Counted from the stretch's first letter, positions 37,874 through 47,652 are shown. The stretch is 64,000 bases of DNA from Candidatus Fermentibacteraceae bacterium (GCA_041750285.1 JBGSZS010000007.1:192001-256000); one strand, 5' to 3'. Notes: generated from the sequence alone by a model not told the origin. A program made the numbers and translations.

Positions 37874-38346
37874 CGTGGCCGCATGACTGTCAGGGCGGCC
37901 GTGAACCCCTGATCCGAGGATACCAGGTAGATGCCCGGTGGAATTCCGGAAAGCTCAAGGAGAGCGTCCCCTTCCGACGAGGCGCATGCTTCGGCTGCAA
38001 GCCTTCCCGGCAGTGAGAACAGCCTGACATGCGTGCCGGGGGCAACTCCGGACACGCAAACCACTCCGGCGGCCGGGTTGCAGGACAGCGTTGGCGCGTC
38101 TATGGAACCTGCCTGAACGTTTTCCCACCAGACCTTGTAGATGGCCCTCATGGGGCAGTATGGCAGGCATGCTTCACAGCCCGTGCACAGCTCGGGATCT
38201 ATCCATGCGTTACCAGCCTGCATGCTGATGGCCCCCTCGGTACAGGATTGAATACAGTTCATGCATCCGTTGCACTTGGCGGGGTCCACCTGGCAGATCC
38301 ATTGAAGCATTCCCAGAAGCGCCGGCAATAACAGAGCGTAAGGCAT
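37870..38346 (-). CDS. 2[4Fe-4S] ferredoxin with hydrophobic N-terminus and T9SS-like C-terminal domain
   Basis: ATG 38346 after AAAGGA; CNGCMNCIQSC and CTGCEACLPYCP; tail NPAAG..VRLFSLPGR..LSGIPPGIYLV. Confidence 0.8.
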   Translation of the reverse strand: MPYALLLPALLGMLQWICQVDPAKCNGCMNCIQSCTEGAISMQAGNAWIDPELCTGCEACLPYCPMRAIYKVWWENVQAGSIDAPTLSCNPAAGVVCVSGVAPGTHVRLFSLPGRLAAEACASSEGDALLELSGIPPGIYLVSSDQGFTAALTVMRPR

Positions 38347-38480
38347 GTCGCGTCCTTTCGGGATCGATTCCCACTTTACCGGGGAAATATAACTCAATCC
38401 ATCTTCACACTTCCTTAACCCGAGGCGGACATCGTACATGGGGTTTGTTCCCATGTACCCGAACTCCCGGAGGTGTTTGC

Positions 38481-38921
38481 ATGCCGGTTCCAAGGGTCCT
38501 CTTTCTGTGCAGCCGGAATTCCGCCCGCAGCCAGATGGCCGAAGCTTTCCTGAACGTTCACGGAAAAGGGCTTTTCGAAGCCCACAGCGCCGGTCTCGAG
38601 CCTTCCGCGATCCACCCCGCCACACTCCAGGTGATGAAGGAGCGCGGTCTCGATCTCGAAGCTCTCGGTCACAGGTCGAAAGGCATCTGGGATGAGTTCA
38701 TCTCGCGTCACGTGATGGTCGGCTACCTCGTCACGGTCTGCGACAGGGCCGAAGCCAGGTGCCCCATCTATCCCGGCCCCCACATCAGGGAGTACTGGGA
38801 GATCGAGGATCCCGCCGGAGCCACCGGAAGCGATGAATTCATCCTCGGAAGGTTCAGGAAGACGAGGGATGAGATCGAGGAAAGGGTCATCCGGTTCGCA
38901 GGAGAACACGGGGAGGCGTAA
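38481..38921 (+). CDS. arsC: arsenate reductase, thioredoxin-dependent (LMW-PTP fold)
   Basis: FLCSRNSARSQMAE, SAG, TVCDRAEARCP resolving Cys pair, EDP, FRKTRDEI; ATG after GGAGG. Confidence 0.88.
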   Translation: MPVPRVLFLCSRNSARSQMAEAFLNVHGKGLFEAHSAGLEPSAIHPATLQVMKERGLDLEALGHRSKGIWDEFISRHVMVGYLVTVCDRAEARCPIYPGPHIREYWEIEDPAGATGSDEFILGRFRKTRDEIEERVIRFAGEHGEA

Positions 38922-38958
38922 CCCGCCGGGGAGGTTGCCCGCAGCCCGATTTCATCCT

Positions 38959-39010
38959 ATGGTTCAGCGTGCCGTGCCTTAACGGGTGGGGGGTTGCCCG
39001 TACCCTTTTT
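38959..39010 (+). ncRNA. candidate Na+-sensing (DUF1646 / Na+-I) riboswitch with intrinsic terminator
   Basis: GGUU..GUGCCUUAAC-GGGUGGGGG-GUUG-CCCGUACCC-UUUUU in the rnfC leader; resembles my recollection of the class consensus, not searched. Confidence 0.55.
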
Positions 39011-39040
39011 ATGTGTTTCATCGCTCAAATCAGGAGGACT

Positions 39041-40357
39041 ATGAGCAGGGTAAGGTCTTTTTCCGGAGGAACACATCCCCCGGGCAACAAGGAGCTGAGC
39101 CGTTCCCGGGAGATCGTTCGGATCCCCTCCCCGGACACGGTGACCGTCTCCCTTTGCCAACACCTCGGCGCGCCTTCCACGCCGGTGGTCAAGCCCGGTG
39201 ACACCGTGACCTTCGGCCAGGTGATCGGGGAGAGGAACGGCTTCATAAGCCTGCCCACCCACTCCCCGGTGAGCGGGAAGGTGCTCAGCGTGGGCGAGGC
39301 CCCCATGCCCCACAGGCGAACGGGCCCGGCAGTGGTAATCGCCGTAACCGATCGCGAAGAGTCACCCGTTTTCGAACCGTGGCCGGACTGGCGCAACCGC
39401 CAGGCATCCCTCATCATCGACAGGATACGGGACGCGGGGGTCTGCGGAATGGGCGGGGCATGCTTTCCAACGTTCGTGAAGCTCTCGCCGCCGCAGGGCA
39501 GGAAGATAGACATGCTGATAATCAACGGTGTCGAGTGTGAGCCGTACCTCACAGCCGACCACAGGCTCATGCTCGAGAACCCCTCCGATGTGATCGAGGG
39601 TATGAACATCCTTGCAATGGTCCTCGGTGTTGTGGATCCCTGCATAGGCATCGAGGTGAACAAACCCGATGCTATAACCATTCTTCGGAACGCGGGAGCC
39701 AGAGTGGTGCCCCTCGCGGTATCCTACCCACAGGGTGCCGAGAAACAGCTCATCGACGCCGTGTGCGGCCGGAGGGTTCCTGCGGGAGGGCTTCCGCTCG
39801 ATATCGGGGTCGTGGTGCAGAACGTCGGGACATGCGCCGCAGTGGCTCATGCCGTCAGGGACGGCATTCCATCCGTTTCGCGGATAACCACCGTCACCGG
39901 GCGCGGCGTTGCCGTCCCCGGAAACTTCCATTGCGTGGTGGGAACACCGGTATCCGTTCTGGTCGAGGCCGCGGGAGGCTACACTCCCGAAGCGGAGAGG
40001 CTTGTCTCGGGCGGCCCGATGATGGGCATGGCAATGTACACCGACGAGGCTCCGGTCACCAAGGGCACCAGCGGCATTCTGGTCCTGTCGGGCGCCGAGG
40101 TTCGGGACAGTGCCGAAGGCCCCTGCATAAGGTGTGGCAAGTGCGTGGACGTCTGCCCCATCAACCTTTGCCCGAGCCTCATCGCCAAGGCGTCCGAGTA
40201 CGGGAACTGGGCAATGGCGAATGACTTCGGAGCCCTGAACTGCATGGCATGCGGAACCTGCAGTTTCGTCTGCCCCGCCGGCAGATACCTTGTTCATTAC
40301 ATAAAGAGGGCCCAGAACGAGATACGGGCGGCCGCCCGTTCCGGAAAGGGGGCATGA
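39041..40357 (+). CDS. rnfC: Rnf complex subunit C
   Basis: FSGGTHP, QHLGAP, GMGGACFPT, NGVECEPYLTADH, YPQGAEKQL, GGPMMG, CIRCGKC/CMACGTC; ATG after AGGAGG. Confidence 0.95.
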   Translation: MSRVRSFSGGTHPPGNKELSRSREIVRIPSPDTVTVSLCQHLGAPSTPVVKPGDTVTFGQVIGERNGFISLPTHSPVSGKVLSVGEAPMPHRRTGPAVVIAVTDREESPVFEPWPDWRNRQASLIIDRIRDAGVCGMGGACFPTFVKLSPPQGRKIDMLIINGVECEPYLTADHRLMLENPSDVIEGMNILAMVLGVVDPCIGIEVNKPDAITILRNAGARVVPLAVSYPQGAEKQLIDAVCGRRVPAGGLPLDIGVVVQNVGTCAAVAHAVRDGIPSVSRITTVTGRGVAVPGNFHCVVGTPVSVLVEAAGGYTPEAERLVSGGPMMGMAMYTDEAPVTKGTSGILVLSGAEVRDSAEGPCIRCGKCVDVCPINLCPSLIAKASEYGNWAMANDFGALNCMACGTCSFVCPAGRYLVHYIKRAQNEIRAAARSGKGA

Positions 40358-41478
40358 TGCCCGAGGCAAGACGTTTCGAGCTGGCCATGTCTCCCCATGT
40401 GTCGGCCACCGCCACCACAAGGCGCGTCATGACGGATGTGTGCATCGCACTCCTTCCGGCCCTTGCCGCGGCGGTTTTCTTCTTCGGGTTCAGGGTTCTT
40501 CTACTGACGGGTCTAAGCGTCATGGCAGCCGTTGCCGCGGAGTTCCTGTGCCTCAGATTCATGAAGAAGCCAGTGAATGTCGTTCTGGACGGAAGCGCCG
40601 TGGTGACAGGCATCCTGCTGGCGTACAACGTTCCGCCCGGTGTGCCCTGGTGGCTGCCCGTGCTTGGCAGTTCCTTTGCCATCGTGGTCGCCAAGCAGGC
40701 TTTCGGCGGCCTGGGCAACAACATAGTGAACCCCGCCCTTCTGGGAAGGGCCTTCCTGATGGCCAGTTTTCCCGTCCTCATGACCGCGGGATGGTGGGCG
40801 CCCCTTGCGAAGGGTCCCTCCGGGAACGATTCCTGGGACCAGTCCGGCATGCCGTCGGCCGATCTTATGGAAGCCGACGTGATGACCGGCGCGACCCCGC
40901 TGAACCTTCTGAAACAGACCTACACCTGGGATGCAGGCGCCGCCGAGGCCCTCGAGGGAGGAGACGGAGACGGCGCTGCCGCCCTTCGTGAGAAAGCCTC
41001 CGAGGTCAGGGCGATGCTTTCCTCCGGCCAGACCAGGCTCAGTCTCCTTCTCGGAAGGGTGGGCGGATGCATCGGAGAGACAAGCGCTCTGATGCTCATT
41101 CTCGGAGCCCTCTACCTGTTCGCCAGGAAGGTTCTCGAACCCCGCCTTCCCCTTTCCTACCTCGGCGCAGTGGCCCTTTTCGGATGGCTGTTCGGTGGTC
41201 CCGGTTTCTTCCGGGGAGACCCCCTTTTCCATCTTCTCTCGGGGGGTGTCATTCTCGGCGGTTTCTTCATGGTCACCGACATGGTGACCACACCCGTGAC
41301 CAAAAAGGGCAGGATCATCTTCGGAGTGGGGGCTGGAATTCTCACCATGGTCATCCGGCGATGGGGCGGCTATCCGGAAGGGTGCAGCTACTCCATCCTT
41401 CTCATGAACCTGGCGACCCCCCTCATCGACCGCTACACGAAACCCCTGGCTTTCGGGGAGGTGAGGAAGAATGGCTGA
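40354..41478 (+). CDS. rnfD: Rnf complex subunit D
   Basis: SPH, DGSAVVTG, FGGLGNNIVNPA, FMN site TGATPL, GCIGETS, TDMVTTP, YPEG. Confidence 0.95.
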   Translation: MMPEARRFELAMSPHVSATATTRRVMTDVCIALLPALAAAVFFFGFRVLLLTGLSVMAAVAAEFLCLRFMKKPVNVVLDGSAVVTGILLAYNVPPGVPWWLPVLGSSFAIVVAKQAFGGLGNNIVNPALLGRAFLMASFPVLMTAGWWAPLAKGPSGNDSWDQSGMPSADLMEADVMTGATPLNLLKQTYTWDAGAAEALEGGDGDGAAALREKASEVRAMLSSGQTRLSLLLGRVGGCIGETSALMLILGALYLFARKVLEPRLPLSYLGAVALFGWLFGGPGFFRGDPLFHLLSGGVILGGFFMVTDMVTTPVTKKGRIIFGVGAGILTMVIRRWGGYPEGCSYSILLMNLATPLIDRYTKPLAFGEVRKNG

Positions 41479-42073
41479 GGTCATCAAGCTCGGTTTCGTC
41501 CTGATGGTGGTGGCCGTCATTGCAGCGGGATCCCTGGGGTTCGTGAACGGCTTCACAGCCCCCCTGATTGCCCAGCAGAAGGAGCAGGCAAAACTCCTCG
41601 CCATGGAGACTGCCGCGTCCTCGCTGGTCAGCGACGGCTCCGAAGTCTCATTCGACAGTCTGGCCGTACCGGGGATGGGCAACCCCTACGCTTCCGTCGA
41701 CGAAGCCCTCCAGGTGGTCGGGGTCTACTCCGAAGGCCATCTCAGGGGCTTCGTTTTCATAGCATACGGCCGGGGTTATTCCAGCACCATTCAGACAATG
41801 GTGGCGTGCGGTACCGACGGTGTCGTCACTGGCACCGGCATTCTCTTCCAGCAGGAGACCCCCGGCCTGGGCGCCAATGTGGCCAACCCTGAAAGGCTCA
41901 TCGCCGGGTTCAGCGGCAGAAGCGCCCCGGGTCTCGTTCTCACCAAGGATGGCGGCGAAATCGACGCCATAACGGGCAGCACCATTACTTCCAGGGCAGT
42001 AACCGTCTCCGTCCGGAGGGGGCTCGAGGCCATGGATGCCGCGGGTCTTTTCACTGAGGGGGGTGCGCTGTGA
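41471..42073 (+). CDS. rnfG: Rnf complex subunit G
   Basis: N-terminal TM; GYSS, ETPGLG, FMN site DAITGSTITS. Confidence 0.92.
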   Translation: MAEVIKLGFVLMVVAVIAAGSLGFVNGFTAPLIAQQKEQAKLLAMETAASSLVSDGSEVSFDSLAVPGMGNPYASVDEALQVVGVYSEGHLRGFVFIAYGRGYSSTIQTMVACGTDGVVTGTGILFQQETPGLGANVANPERLIAGFSGRSAPGLVLTKDGGEIDAITGSTITSRAVTVSVRRGLEAMDAAGLFTEGGAL

Positions 42074-42681
42074 GCCTTGCCCATGAGTTCGTGAAGGGCA
42101 TATACAAGGAGAATCCCATCTTCAGGATCGTTCTGGGGATGTGCCCGTTCCTCGCAGTTACCTCCAGTGTGGAGAACGCTCTGGGAATGGGCGCTGCTGC
42201 GGGATTCGTGCTTGTCTGCTCGAATTTCCTGGTTTCGCTTCTGCGGAACGCCATACCCTCGAAGGTTCGCATACCGTGCTACATAGTTATCATCGCAACA
42301 TTCGTAACCATCGTTGACCTCATAATGAACGCCTACGTGCCCGACCTTCACCGCAACCTGGGCATCTTCATCCCCCTCATCGTAGTCAACTGCATCATTC
42401 TGGGGAGGGCCGAGGGGTTCGCAAACAAGAACACCGTTCCTGCAGCCATTGCCGATGGACTTGGCATGGGACTTGGCTTCACCTTCGCCATGATAGTGAT
42501 GGCAACCTTCAGGGAGATCCTCGGCAACGGAACCTGGCTGGGCATCAACCTGCTTGGCGAAGCCTACACGAACCAGCCCCTTCTCATAGCGATCCTGGCC
42601 CCGGGTGCCTTCATTCTCATGGGATTCATCCTTGGTTTCTTCAACATCATGGACAGCAGAAGGAAAGGAGGTGCGCGGTGA
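42070..42681 (+). CDS. rnfE: Rnf complex subunit E
   Basis: ENP..LGMCPFLAVT, VRIP, LGIFIPLIVVNC, REILGNG. Confidence 0.95.
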   Translation: MSLAHEFVKGIYKENPIFRIVLGMCPFLAVTSSVENALGMGAAAGFVLVCSNFLVSLLRNAIPSKVRIPCYIVIIATFVTIVDLIMNAYVPDLHRNLGIFIPLIVVNCIILGRAEGFANKNTVPAAIADGLGMGLGFTFAMIVMATFREILGNGTWLGINLLGEAYTNQPLLIAILAPGAFILMGFILGFFNIMDSRRKGGAR

Positions 42682-43322
42682 CCTCGTTCCTGATGATCTC
42701 AATCCTTGCCCAGGCTTCCGGTGCTCCGGATCAGGGGTTCAGTTTCGGCACGATGATGACCATCATCATCGGCGCCATCTTCATCAACAACTTCGTGCTG
42801 AGCCGCTTCCTCGGGATATGCCCCTTCATGGGTGTCTCGAAGCAGCTTGACAGTGCCGTGGGAATGGGCGCTGCGGTGATCTTCGTCATGGCTCTTGCCA
42901 CACTGGGGTGCTGGGGGGTCTATCACCTGCTTCTCGTCCCCCTGGGCATCGGGTATCTCAACACGATAGCCTTCATCATAATAATCGCCGCCCTGGTCCA
43001 GCTCGTCGAGATGATCCTCCTCAAGTTCAGCCCTGCGCTCTATCAGGCGCTGGGCATCTACCTTCCGCTTATCACGACGAACTGCGCCATCCTTGGCGTG
43101 GCGGTTCTGAACATCGACCAGAAGTACAGCCTGGGGTACAGCCTCATCAACGCGGTTGCAGCGGGGATAGGCTTCACCCTGGCCCTGGTGCTCATGGCAG
43201 GCATCCGGGAGAGGCTTGAGCAGGCGCCCATTCCCCCTGCGCTCAAAGGGCTTCCCATAGCGTTCCTGATGGCCGGTGCCATGTCGATCGCTTTCCTGGG
43301 CTTTGCCGGGCTGGGAGGGTAG
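42678..43322 (+). CDS. rnfA: Rnf complex subunit A
   Basis: NNFVLSRFLGICPF, LGIYLPLITTNCA, GIRERL. Confidence 0.95.
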   Translation: MTSFLMISILAQASGAPDQGFSFGTMMTIIIGAIFINNFVLSRFLGICPFMGVSKQLDSAVGMGAAVIFVMALATLGCWGVYHLLLVPLGIGYLNTIAFIIIIAALVQLVEMILLKFSPALYQALGIYLPLITTNCAILGVAVLNIDQKYSLGYSLINAVAAGIGFTLALVLMAGIRERLEQAPIPPALKGLPIAFLMAGAMSIAFLGFAGLGG

Positions 43323-43325
43323 CAT

Positions 43326-44363
43326 ATGAACCCACATCTCCTTCTTTCAGCGCTCACCTCTTCAGGGATCCCTTCGGGGGTGACGATACCGGTTGTCGTT
43401 CTGGGCGGTATCGGCCTTCTTCTGGGACTCGGTCTCGCCCTGGCGGCCAAGAAGCTCGCGGTTCCAAGGGATCCCAGGGTGGAAAAGGTGAACGAGGTCC
43501 TTCCCGGGGCCAACTGCGGAGGGTGCGGTTATCCCGGCTGCGCGGCCTTTGCGGAAGCTGTAGTGAAAGGTGTAGCCGCGCCGGGAGGCTGCGTTGCGGC
43601 CGGCGCCGGGGTCAATGCCCGGATAGCATCCATCCTCGGTGTCAGCGTGGACGAAAGCACAAGGAAAGTCGCGGTGCTTCATTGCGGGGGCGGGCACAGC
43701 GCGGTCGACGCGTTCACGTACAACGGCCCGGAAAGCTGCGCGTCCGCCCTTCTGGTAATGGAAGGCCACAAACTTTGCAGGTACGGATGCCTCGGGTTCG
43801 CGGACTGTGTGAAGGCCTGTCCGTTCGGGGCGATGGACATTGGCGAGAACGGGCTTCCCGTGGTGATGCCCGAGAAGTGCACCGGGTGCGGCAAATGCGT
43901 GGCCGCCTGCCCCAGGGGTCTTCTTGCTCTCTGGCCCGAGGACAGGAAGGTGATAATAGCCTGTTCAAGCAGGGACAAGGGCGGTACGGCCCGCAAAGCC
44001 TGCACGGTGGCATGCATCGGATGCGGCAAGTGCGCTAAGGCCTGCCCCGTCGAGGCCATCACGATCGACAGCTTCCTGGCCTCCATCGATCCCGCAAAAT
44101 GCATCAACTGCGGTATTTGTGCCGGGGAATGTCCCACCTCGGCAATACTTGACATGGTCCCCACAAGACCCAAGGCTTTCATTGACACGACATGCATCGG
44201 ATGCACCCTCTGCACGAAGGTGTGTCCCACAGGCGCAATAGTTGGGGAACTCAAGGGCAAACATGAGGTTATACCCGAGAGATGCGTTGGGTGCGGCCAG
44301 TGTGTTCCCAAGTGTCCGAAGAAATCCATCAGAATGATGGGGACCCACCTGACCCAGCCATAG
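43326..44363 (+). CDS. rnfB: Rnf complex subunit B (polyferredoxin)
   Basis: [16 protein letters not shown], and six further ferredoxin-type Cys motifs. Confidence 0.93.
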   Translation: MNPHLLLSALTSSGIPSGVTIPVVVLGGIGLLLGLGLALAAKKLAVPRDPRVEKVNEVLPGANCGGCGYPGCAAFAEAVVKGVAAPGGCVAAGAGVNARIASILGVSVDESTRKVAVLHCGGGHSAVDAFTYNGPESCASALLVMEGHKLCRYGCLGFADCVKACPFGAMDIGENGLPVVMPEKCTGCGKCVAACPRGLLALWPEDRKVIIACSSRDKGGTARKACTVACIGCGKCAKACPVEAITIDSFLASIDPAKCINCGICAGECPTSAILDMVPTRPKAFIDTTCIGCTLCTKVCPTGAIVGELKGKHEVIPERCVGCGQCVPKCPKKSIRMMGTHLTQP

Positions 44364-44378
44364 AACGAAGGAGCAGCC

Positions 44379-45749
44379 GTGGGTGCGGAACAGCTCAGGG
44401 ATCTTCCCCCGGTACACCTGGTAATCCAGGGCCTTTCCGGTCATCCGCCTTCGGTGGCCCGTGAGGCCGCCCGTGAAGCGGTGGAAGAGGCCAGGAGGAA
44501 TGTTCTCGAGGGCAGGGCGTGCCCCTCGCTGGAAGATCTTGTCAGATCGGCGGGAGAGAAGGCCTCGGTTTTCAGTGCCTCATCCATGACATCCGTGATA
44601 AACGCCACGGGTGTGGTGCTTCATACTGCGCTGGGCAGGGCATGCCTTCCCGCGGCCGCGGTCGAGAACATCACAAGGGTCGCCACCGGCTACGCCGTTC
44701 TTCAGTGGGACAGGCAGGCGGGACGCCGCGGCCACCGCGACAGTCATATCGAGGAACTTCTCAGAAGGATCACCGGCGCGCAGGCTGCAACCGTTGCGAA
44801 CAACAACGCCGGTGCAACGATGCTGGTGCTCTCCGCCCTCGCCAGGGGGAAGGAGGTCGTCGTCTCCCGGGGGCAGCTCGTGGAGATAGGCGGCGCTTTC
44901 CGTATTCCCGAAGTCATGGCACAGAGCGGTTGCGTGATGGTGGAGGTGGGGTGCACCAACCGGACCCATCTTCGTGACTACGAATCGGCCCTCTCCGAAA
45001 AAACAGGGGCCATTCTAAGGGTTCACCCCTCGAACTACAGGGTCAGGGGTTTCACCGGTGAGGTTCCCCTTCCGGACCTCGTGGAACTGGGCCGAAAGGC
45101 CTGTGTTCCAGTCATTGACGACCTGGGTGCGGGCAGCCTCGTTCCTCTTGAAAGATTCGGGCTGCCGTCCGAACCAACCGTCCAGCAGAGCATCAGGGAT
45201 GGCGCGTCCGTGGTGACCTGCTCCGGCGACAAACTCATCGGTGGTCCCCAGGCCGGCATCCTTCTGGGTGATAAAACCTGGATCGACATCATCAGGAAAC
45301 ATCCACTTGCAAGGGCCCTGAGGGTATGCAAGCTGACGCTTGCCGGACTTGAGGCCAGTCTAAGGCTCTTTCTGGAGGACGAAGACTACCTGATCCGGCA
45401 TCACCCCGTCTATTCCATGTTCGCCGCGAAGCCCGCCGTGCTCCGCGAAAGATCCGAAGCCCTGGCCGCACTTCTCAAGGTCCCTCCTGCCTGCGGTGTC
45501 TCAGTCGAAGTGATGGGAAGCTTCATCGGAAGCGGTGCCCTGCCCGACACCGCGATCCAGTCCGTCGGGATATCGGTCGCATGTCCCTCACCGGACAGGC
45601 TGGCGCTGGCCCTTCGGAGCGGTTCCCCCGCCATCGCCGTGAGGGTGGAGGAGGGTTCGGTCAAGATCGACCTCAGAACGGTTTTTCCGGGCCAGGACGA
45701 AACTCTCGCAGAGAGGCTCGGAACCGAGATGGAGCTTCTGTGGGGGTGA
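44379..45749 (+). CDS. selA: L-seryl-tRNA(Sec) selenium transferase
   Basis: VINATGVVLHTALGRA, NNNAGA, SRGQLVEIGGAFRIP, TNRTH, HPSNY, SGDKLIGGPQAG. Confidence 0.95.
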   Translation: MGAEQLRDLPPVHLVIQGLSGHPPSVAREAAREAVEEARRNVLEGRACPSLEDLVRSAGEKASVFSASSMTSVINATGVVLHTALGRACLPAAAVENITRVATGYAVLQWDRQAGRRGHRDSHIEELLRRITGAQAATVANNNAGATMLVLSALARGKEVVVSRGQLVEIGGAFRIPEVMAQSGCVMVEVGCTNRTHLRDYESALSEKTGAILRVHPSNYRVRGFTGEVPLPDLVELGRKACVPVIDDLGAGSLVPLERFGLPSEPTVQQSIRDGASVVTCSGDKLIGGPQAGILLGDKTWIDIIRKHPLARALRVCKLTLAGLEASLRLFLEDEDYLIRHHPVYSMFAAKPAVLRERSEALAALLKVPPACGVSVEVMGSFIGSGALPDTAIQSVGISVACPSPDRLALALRSGSPAIAVRVEEGSVKIDLRTVFPGQDETLAERLGTEMELLWG

Positions 45750-47626
45750 TAGTAGGCACAGCGGGTCATATCGACCACGGCAAGAGCAGCCTCATGATCG
45801 CCCTGACCGGAAGGGATCCCGACCGGCTGAAAGAGGAGAAACAGCGGGGGATCACGATCGAGCTTGGCTACGTCTTCCTTGAGGACACCGATGGCAGGAC
45901 CGTGAGCTTCATCGATGTCCCGGGGCATGAAAAGTTCATCAGGACGATGGTGGCGGGGGTATCCACGGTCGACTGTTTCCTCCTCGTCGTAAGCGCCGAC
46001 GAGGGGGTAATGCCCCAGACCCGTGAACACCTCGACATTCTCAGGCTTCTCGAGGTGAACCGGGGCATAGTTGCCCTTTCCAAGTGCGACCTGGTCGACC
46101 ACGACCTGCAGGACCTGGCCGAGGAGGAGGTTCGCGAAGCCCTCAGGGGAACCCCGGCGGAAGAAGCCCCCATTATCCGCGTTTCCGCGGTGACCGGTCT
46201 CGGCATGGCTGAACTGAAGACGGAGATATTCAGAATGGTCGGCGGGGTTTCTGCCCGAAGTTCCGAGGGGCGCTTCAGGCTTCCCGTGGACAGGGTCTTC
46301 AGCCTGAAGGGTTTTGGCACGGTGGTCTGCGGAACCGGGCTCTCAGGTACGGTCAAGGCCGGCGATACCGTTGAGGTGCAGCCCGGCGGCAGACAGTACA
46401 GGGTCAGGGAACTCGGGGTGAACGATCACCGCAAGGCGCCTGTCGGCACCGCTGGTGACAGGATCGCCCTCAACCTGACCGGGCTGGACAAGGATGACGT
46501 CCAGAGGGGAGCCGTTCTTGGTGAACCGGGATGGCTCAGGTCATTGACCAGCCTCGATACCAGATGCACGGTCCTGCCCGGTGAGATCGACCTTCATCCC
46601 AGACAGAGGGTGAGGATTCACCTTGGCACGGCGGAAGTAATGGCACGGGCAATCCCGGTATCCGGGAAACCGATCCCGCGTGGCGGTGAGGGATTCGTCC
46701 ATTTCCAGCTCGAACACCCCGTGGTCGCGGTGCCGGGAGACCGGTTCGTCTTCAGACGATATTCCCCGGTGCTCACCATGGGTGGCGGTGTGGTCCTGGA
46801 CACCGGGACCCCCAAGGTCAGGGCGAGATTCAGGGACGTGAGACTCACACACCTCGAGCTTCTGAACCGGGGCGACCTGGCCGATGTCCTGATGGAGGCC
46901 ATGGAAGATTCTCCGGACGGCTCCCTGCTCCTGCCCGAGTTCATCTCGTCCTCCGGCAATGATCCGGGGGAGACCCAGCAGGCAGCCCTGAGGCTTTGCG
47001 ATGAGGGAAGGGCGGCAAGGATCAGCGACGGAAAGAGCGAACGGCTTGTGCTTGCCCCTGTGGTGGAAGACATCAGGAACAAGGTTCAGGGTGCGGTCGA
47101 GACCGTTCACAGAAGCGTACCCATCGCACCCGGGATCGCTTCGGCAATGCTTGCCAGAAAGCTGCCCGCGGGAACCCCTCCATGGCTCATCAGGCATGTG
47201 CTTCTCGATCTCCTGGACGGCGGGGTTCTCTCAAGGAGGGGTGACTACATCGCTTCAGCCCGGCATCCGGTCGACCTGTCCGGAAAAGCCATGTCCGAGG
47301 CGGAAAGGATCACCGGGCTGATCGACGCGGCCGGGTTCGAGGGGGCGGCCCTTCCATTGCCGGGCGTTCGCAGAGAGGACATCGAAGCCCTCGCCGCGCG
47401 GGAGATGGTTATCAACCTCGATGCCGATCTCCTGACCACACCCAAGACCCTGCGCAGGGTACTGGAAAGGGCTGCCGACGTTTTCGGCACCGAAGGGTTC
47501 AGACTGGGTGAGTTCAGGGAAGCACTTGGGACAAGCAGGAAGTTCGCCCTGATGTGGGCCGAGCTTCTGGACAACCGGGGGTTCACCCGCAGGGAGGAAG
47601 AGGTCCGCAGGCTGTGCCGCCCCTGA
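45740..47626 (+). CDS. selB: selenocysteine-specific elongation factor
   Basis: GTG 45740 after [37 protein letters not shown]-terminal winged helix [10 protein letters not shown]. Confidence 0.95.
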   Translation: MGVIVGTAGHIDHGKSSLMIALTGRDPDRLKEEKQRGITIELGYVFLEDTDGRTVSFIDVPGHEKFIRTMVAGVSTVDCFLLVVSADEGVMPQTREHLDILRLLEVNRGIVALSKCDLVDHDLQDLAEEEVREALRGTPAEEAPIIRVSAVTGLGMAELKTEIFRMVGGVSARSSEGRFRLPVDRVFSLKGFGTVVCGTGLSGTVKAGDTVEVQPGGRQYRVRELGVNDHRKAPVGTAGDRIALNLTGLDKDDVQRGAVLGEPGWLRSLTSLDTRCTVLPGEIDLHPRQRVRIHLGTAEVMARAIPVSGKPIPRGGEGFVHFQLEHPVVAVPGDRFVFRRYSPVLTMGGGVVLDTGTPKVRARFRDVRLTHLELLNRGDLADVLMEAMEDSPDGSLLLPEFISSSGNDPGETQQAALRLCDEGRAARISDGKSERLVLAPVVEDIRNKVQGAVETVHRSVPIAPGIASAMLARKLPAGTPPWLIRHVLLDLLDGGVLSRRGDYIASARHPVDLSGKAMSEAERITGLIDAAGFEGAALPLPGVRREDIEALAAREMVINLDADLLTTPKTLRRVLERAADVFGTEGFRLGEFREALGTSRKFALMWAELLDNRGFTRREEEVRRLCRP

Positions 47627-47652
47627 CCCGGGCATCTTTTCACGCGCATTCC

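Noticed and set aside
38481..38921. Wzb-type tyrosine phosphatase partner for Wzc
   Set aside because: The resolving Cys pair (CDRAEARC) and ars context favour ArsC
34329..44363. Selenoproteins (UGA readthrough) among thioredoxins, ArsC, ferredoxin and Rnf
   Set aside because: Redox motifs use Cys, and the TGA stops fall at natural C-termini, usually overlapping the next start
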